From an uncultured bacterium (GTDB taxonomy: Bacteria > Chloroflexota > UBA5177 > JANWHV01), in the NCBI GenBank assembly GCA_963729625.1, contig CAVSOU010000010.1, positions 1 to 64,000 on the forward strand: a DNA stretch of 64,000 nucleotides, in the 5' to 3' direction. Below, in pieces: positions 60,271 through 64,000 of this stretch (position 1 is the first letter of the stretch; the number at the start of each line of letters is the position of its first letter). The position numbers were made by a program, and so were the translations under genes. A model generated the notes under the pieces. That model had not been told where the DNA came from. It worked only from the letters and a program-made list of their open reading frames with translations, and ran no database searches.

Positions 60271-60882
60271 ATGCGACAGATTACGGTGTTGCTCGCGGTC
60301 TCGTCTCCCACACTTTGTGCGAAAATGCGGGGTGAGGTGATTGCAGACCCGGAGTTGGTGCTCGTCGGAGAGGCGGACGCCCCGTCGCAAGCCATCGTTG
60401 AGACACGGCGATTCGAGCCGCAGATCGTCTTGTGCGACCATGGGATGCTTTCCGATGGCCAGATGTCTGTGCTTGCGCAGCAGGCCTACGTCGTATCACT
60501 GCTCGTTTTGGTCACCCCAGACGATGAGTCCTGGCTGCCGCGACTGACCGTTCCTGTCGCGGGTACGGTGTCTGCCCATCACAGGCCGGGTGACCTGGTC
60601 AACAAGCTGCAGGCGATCATCAACGCTCCGGTTGCGTCTCTGGAGCCCAGCGTGGCGCTCGACGACCGGGATCCGGCGGTCGTCGATCAAGAGGACCTCA
60701 AGCCACTTGCTTACGACCCTGCCCAGGTGCCAAGTATCTCGAATGTGCCTGATCTTGTAGGAGTTCGCGATCCGGATGCACCGATTGGAAATGCCGGAGC
60801 GTTCGGGATGCCGATGGTCAAGAGCACGTCATTGCTGAAGAGGGTCGTCACGATGCCGGGCGGGGCCTCAGGCAAGCCCTGA
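60271..60882 (+). CDS. Atypical (pseudo-)receiver-domain protein
   Basis: NarL-like LVGEA...PQIVLCD, but the acidic pair is replaced by SS and the conserved Lys is absent. Confidence 0.6.
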   Translation: MRQITVLLAVSSPTLCAKMRGEVIADPELVLVGEADAPSQAIVETRRFEPQIVLCDHGMLSDGQMSVLAQQAYVVSLLVLVTPDDESWLPRLTVPVAGTVSAHHRPGDLVNKLQAIINAPVASLEPSVALDDRDPAVVDQEDLKPLAYDPAQVPSISNVPDLVGVRDPDAPIGNAGAFGMPMVKSTSLLKRVVTMPGGASGKP

Positions 60883-61111
60883 ATCGCCGCAGGAAGGTCG
60901 GCCGATCTCGACGCCTGGCCCAGGTTCGGTGACGTGCTGTGCTATGATACCGATAGTTTGTGCGCGATATGCCTCGAGAACCCGTGGAGCGGTTGGCAGG
61001 TGTAGTCCGCGGCACGAATGGGGTTAGGGGCAATCGTGGCGATAGGGTCGTTGAAGACTTTCCGCACCACCTCCAGGTTTGGCCCAAGTGAACCGGCAAG
61101 GCGAGGCTTTG

Positions 61112-61342
61112 ATGAGTCTTGCTGACCGCTCCGCCAGGCGGAAACGGGCGGTGGCCAGACCTCGCCGATGCAAGGTGTGCAGACGCCCTGGCCCGCATCG
61201 CCGGAGAGATTGGCAGGGCCGCTGCACCACCTGCGCTGCCTACTGGCGTCGCACCGGTCGGGAACGACCGTTCGTGCTTGACGGTCGGCGCGAGGCCAAG
61301 GGCCAGCGGGTGCTGCCGTTCGCCCGTGAGCTGCAGACATAG
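61112..61342 (+). CDS. Small basic zinc-finger protein (GATA-like C-terminal motif)
   Basis: CKVC-x14-CTTCAAYWRRTGRERP; GAGG upstream. Confidence 0.5.
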   Translation: MSLADRSARRKRAVARPRRCKVCRRPGPHRRRDWQGRCTTCAAYWRRTGRERPFVLDGRREAKGQRVLPFARELQT

Positions 61343-61369
61343 GCTCGCTGCCGACCGACAATCTTCGGC

Positions 61370-61577
61370 ACGCGTTACCGGCAGGATTGAAGACTTCGCG
61401 CCCAACGCCGGAGTGGGGCGGATCACGTTCCATGGAGTGCGCCACAACCATGCTGGGCTGCTGCTACGGGAGGGCGTGGATCACACGCCCGCAAGCACGG
61501 GATTGAGCAACGCCTCGACACAGATCACCGCCGACATGTCTTGTTACCCATTCTGTTACACACGTGAGCAGAAATGA
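61370..61577 (+). pseudogene. Degenerate tyrosine-integrase C-terminal fragment
   Basis: RITFHGVRHNHAGLLLREGV...LSNASTQITAD is a decayed HxLRH...LGHAS..IT.D.Y; followed by tgttac direct repeats at 61542 and 61554. Confidence 0.65.
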
Positions 61578-61639
61578 GGAGGTGTCGAACCGGGCCATTG
61601 ATAGACAACCAACCAGCAACACGGTATCCTACTCCATGC

Positions 61640-61712
<73 letters not shown>

Positions 61713-61718
61713 CCGCTC

Positions 61719-61757
61719 ACAACAACCCCCTTCCGGTCAGAAGGGGGTTGTTGTTGT
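61719..61757 (+). terminator. Intrinsic terminator after tRNA-Lys
   Basis: acaacaacccccttc...gaagggggttgttgt stem. Confidence 0.8.
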
Positions 61758-61901
61758 CTTCCGGGATAATCGTGGAAGAGAGACCTTCGGCGCCAAACCT
61801 TGCCAGAGGATGGGGTACACATTCCGCTCACAGTTTTGGCAAATGGATCTGCCCCAGCTTCGCACGCTCAGCACTGACAACTGCATACGGTTAGGTCGTC
61901 G

Positions 61902-64000
61902 TCAGCCGAGGGCGGCAACCAACTGTTCAGCCTGTGCGACGTCCCAAGATGCTCCTAGCCGCCGGAATATGGCGAGCGCCGCCGCAAGCTGGTCCCGTGC
62001 CGGATCCTGCTCGCTCCGCTGTACATACAGTAGGCCAAAGGCTTGCAGGAGGCGGCCCTCGGCATAGGGGTACGGCGTAGATCGCGCCAGGTACAGCCCC
62101 TCGGCAAGACTTGTTTCGGACTCACTCCACGCTTGGCGCTCGATTGCGATAAGGGCTTGCACCCGCAGGGCATCCACGAGTGTCGACCGAACCTTTTCCT
62201 CTCTGGCGCGCTTGACGGCTTGCTCGATCACGCGCTGTGCCTCGTCGACCCTGCCAAGATGCAGCATCGCCATGGCCAGGTCCGGCAGCATCCAGGCCGC
62301 GTCTTTGAGCTGCTCCCGCTGTAGCATCGTCTCCACACGCGCCAGGGATGCAGCGGGATCGCCTCGGAGCAGATCGAGCCCCGCCAGCAGCCGCTCCGCC
62401 CACGTTTGGGCTCTGACGTTGCCCGTGCGGATCACATCGGCGATCGCACCGTCGAGACGAACGGATGCCTCATCCCAGTCGCCGCGCACCATTGAGATTT
62501 CCGCGCGCAGGCACGCGGTGAATGGGGTTAGCGCGAGGCCAGGCGCCGTCTCGACTGCACGCTCCAAGTCCCGCTCCGCTTGATCCCAGTTGCCAAGATC
62601 CAAGGCGACGTTCGCGTGTGTCGACAGGGCCCTCGAGATCATCCCCGGGTCGGCAACCTCCTCGGCTATCGCCAGCCACCGCTCGGCGAAATCACTCGCC
62701 GGACCGAGCTCGCCAAGTAACTGATGTACCCCCTCGAGGCCTTCGAGCGTCGGGGCCAACAGGCCGACATTACCCAGCCCTTCGGCGAGCTGCAGCGCCT
62801 CCTGCAAGACGACAAGTGCTTGCTCGGACAAGCCGGCATGGTTGAGGGCATCCGCTTGCTGCAGCAGCGCCTGACCCAACAGGTTCGCATTGTGAGTGCG
62901 CCGCGCCAGCGCCACAGCCTTCTCGGATAGTCTCAGAGCAGGCTTGGCCTGCTCCCGATACTGCAGGAGCGTCGCGAGCCCGATATAGAGGTCGCCCTGC
63001 GCCTCGGCCGAGGCGCAACCCTCAATCAAGGCGACCATGGCTCTGCTTGAGGCGGCGCTCTCCCAGAAGCCATGATCCGTAAGTGCTGTATAGCTACGCC
63101 TATCGTGGTTGATGAGCATCTGCACGGCCTGTTCGAGGGCGGCGATACCGCGCTCCGGGCGGTCGGAATGGGTGAGGAACGACCCGAGCTTCGCGTAGAC
63201 TGCCGCGCCAGCCGTCTGCCGTCCCAGCCCGATCAAGTGATCGGCAAGTTCCCGATAATGGCGCTCCGCCGCCGCACTTGCTCCCTGCGCCAGGGCGTGG
63301 TCGGCTGCCAGCCGCAAGTAGTGCACGGTTTTCTCGACGGCATCACTCCGCGCGTAGTGATACGCCAGAGTCTCCACCCCCGCGGCGCCCGGCATGCGCT
63401 CAAGTATGTCCGCCACGCGCTCGTGGAGTGACGCCTTCCGAGTGGCGGTGAGATCGTGATAGATGGTATCGCGCACGAGATCGTGCGTGAAGCAGTACGA
63501 GCGCGGGCTGGACTCTTCCAGCAGTCGCGATCGGCAGCATTCGTCCAACGCCGCGAGGAGCTCGCTTCGCGGCCGCCTGGTAATTTCGGCCAGCACGGCA
63601 CGATCTGCCACCCGCCCGATCACTGCCGCCTCGCGTAGCACCTCCTGAGTGCCGGGGCGTAGAGCCGCAAGCCGCTGACGCAAGCTCTGTGCCACGTCCC
63701 AGGGGACCCCAGCATCGGCGCCGGTGCAGAGTGCCAAGGCGCAACTGCGTAGGAAGAATGGCACGCCACCTACCCGCCGCAGGATCTGTTCACGCTCCGA
63801 CGCACCGGCGAGCGGCGTGTCCAGCAGCAGCTGGTCAAGGAGCGCTGCCGCATCCCCTGGAGGGAGCGGAGCGAGGAGATGATGCTCGCCCAGATCGGCC
63901 CGCCGCACGTCGACGAGCCAGGTCGTCAGCAGGTGCTCCCCGCCTACCTCCGAATCACGATAGCCACCGATGAGGCGGAGCGGCGATCGGGGTGCCGCCT
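61902..64000 (-). CDS. AAA (STAND/MalT-like) ATPase + TPR protein, 5' end beyond the window
   Basis: LIGGYRDSE, LAPL, GGVPFFL, AAVIGR, YCFTHDLVRDTIY, LHERVA, then TPR-like helices. Confidence 0.85.
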   Translation of the reverse strand, partial: AAPRSPLRLIGGYRDSEVGGEHLLTTWLVDVRRADLGEHHLLAPLPPGDAAALLDQLLLDTPLAGASEREQILRRVGGVPFFLRSCALALCTGADAGVPWDVAQSLRQRLAALRPGTQEVLREAAVIGRVADRAVLAEITRRPRSELLAALDECCRSRLLEESSPRSYCFTHDLVRDTIYHDLTATRKASLHERVADILERMPGAAGVETLAYHYARSDAVEKTVHYLRLAADHALAQGASAAAERHYRELADHLIGLGRQTAGAAVYAKLGSFLTHSDRPERGIAALEQAVQMLINHDRRSYTALTDHGFWESAASSRAMVALIEGCASAEAQGDLYIGLATLLQYREQAKPALRLSEKAVALARRTHNANLLGQALLQQADALNHAGLSEQALVVLQEALQLAEGLGNVGLLAPTLEGLEGVHQLLGELGPASDFAERWLAIAEEVADPGMISRALSTHANVALDLGNWDQAERDLERAVETAPGLALTPFTACLRAEISMVRGDWDEASVRLDGAIADVIRTGNVRAQTWAERLLAGLDLLRGDPAASLARVETMLQREQLKDAAWMLPDLAMAMLHLGRVDEAQRVIEQAVKRAREEKVRSTLVDALRVQALIAIERQAWSESETSLAEGLYLARSTPYPYAEGRLLQAFGLLYVQRSEQDPARDQLAAALAIFRRLGASWDVAQAEQLVAALG

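Noticed and set aside
61018-61125. Short ORF MGLGAIVAIGSL as a phage ASCH-domain fragment
   Set aside because: The similarity is too short to support.
61576-61597. Reverse-strand GGTTCGAC as a tRNA fragment (att site)
   Set aside because: The flanks do not form a T-stem and do not match either tRNA in the window.

Overview
A GC-rich bacterial chromosome segment. Gene content and a GAAC-N4-GTTC LexA-type box suggest a monoderm Terrabacterium, most likely Chloroflexota (inference). Most of the window is housekeeping: rpmA/rplU, rfbB, a dnaE2 with an SOS box, argH, EF-G II, rpsO-pnp-udg-rnj-ftsK, purC-purS-purQ-purL, nrdR-nrdJ, a DtxR-family regulator, TrmH and SixA. There are three accessory zones. 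(1) 1-2080 lies downstream of tRNA-Ala(GGC) and looks like a decayed integrated element: RepB-primase and DUF4238-like fragments, arm-site-like tandem repeats, and an SDR gene bracketed by ~53-bp direct repeats. (2) ~39000-47480 is an island with an esterase, two secreted beta-rich proteins and a divergently transcribed XRE-HTH/TIR/nSTAND-NTPase/TM/14xWD40 receptor. That gene is split by two +1 indels and preceded by four GGCAC repeats at exact 11-bp spacing; it is the best candidate for an undescribed signalling or defence system. (3) ~60900-64000 surrounds tRNA-Lys(CTT) and holds an integrase remnant, a GATA-like zinc-finger ORF and a partial AAA-TPR protein. Three +1 indels (one in rnj, two in the STAND gene) may be assembly errors. 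No CRISPR array, rRNA or intact transposase or integrase was seen. All family calls come from motif recognition by eye, without database searches.
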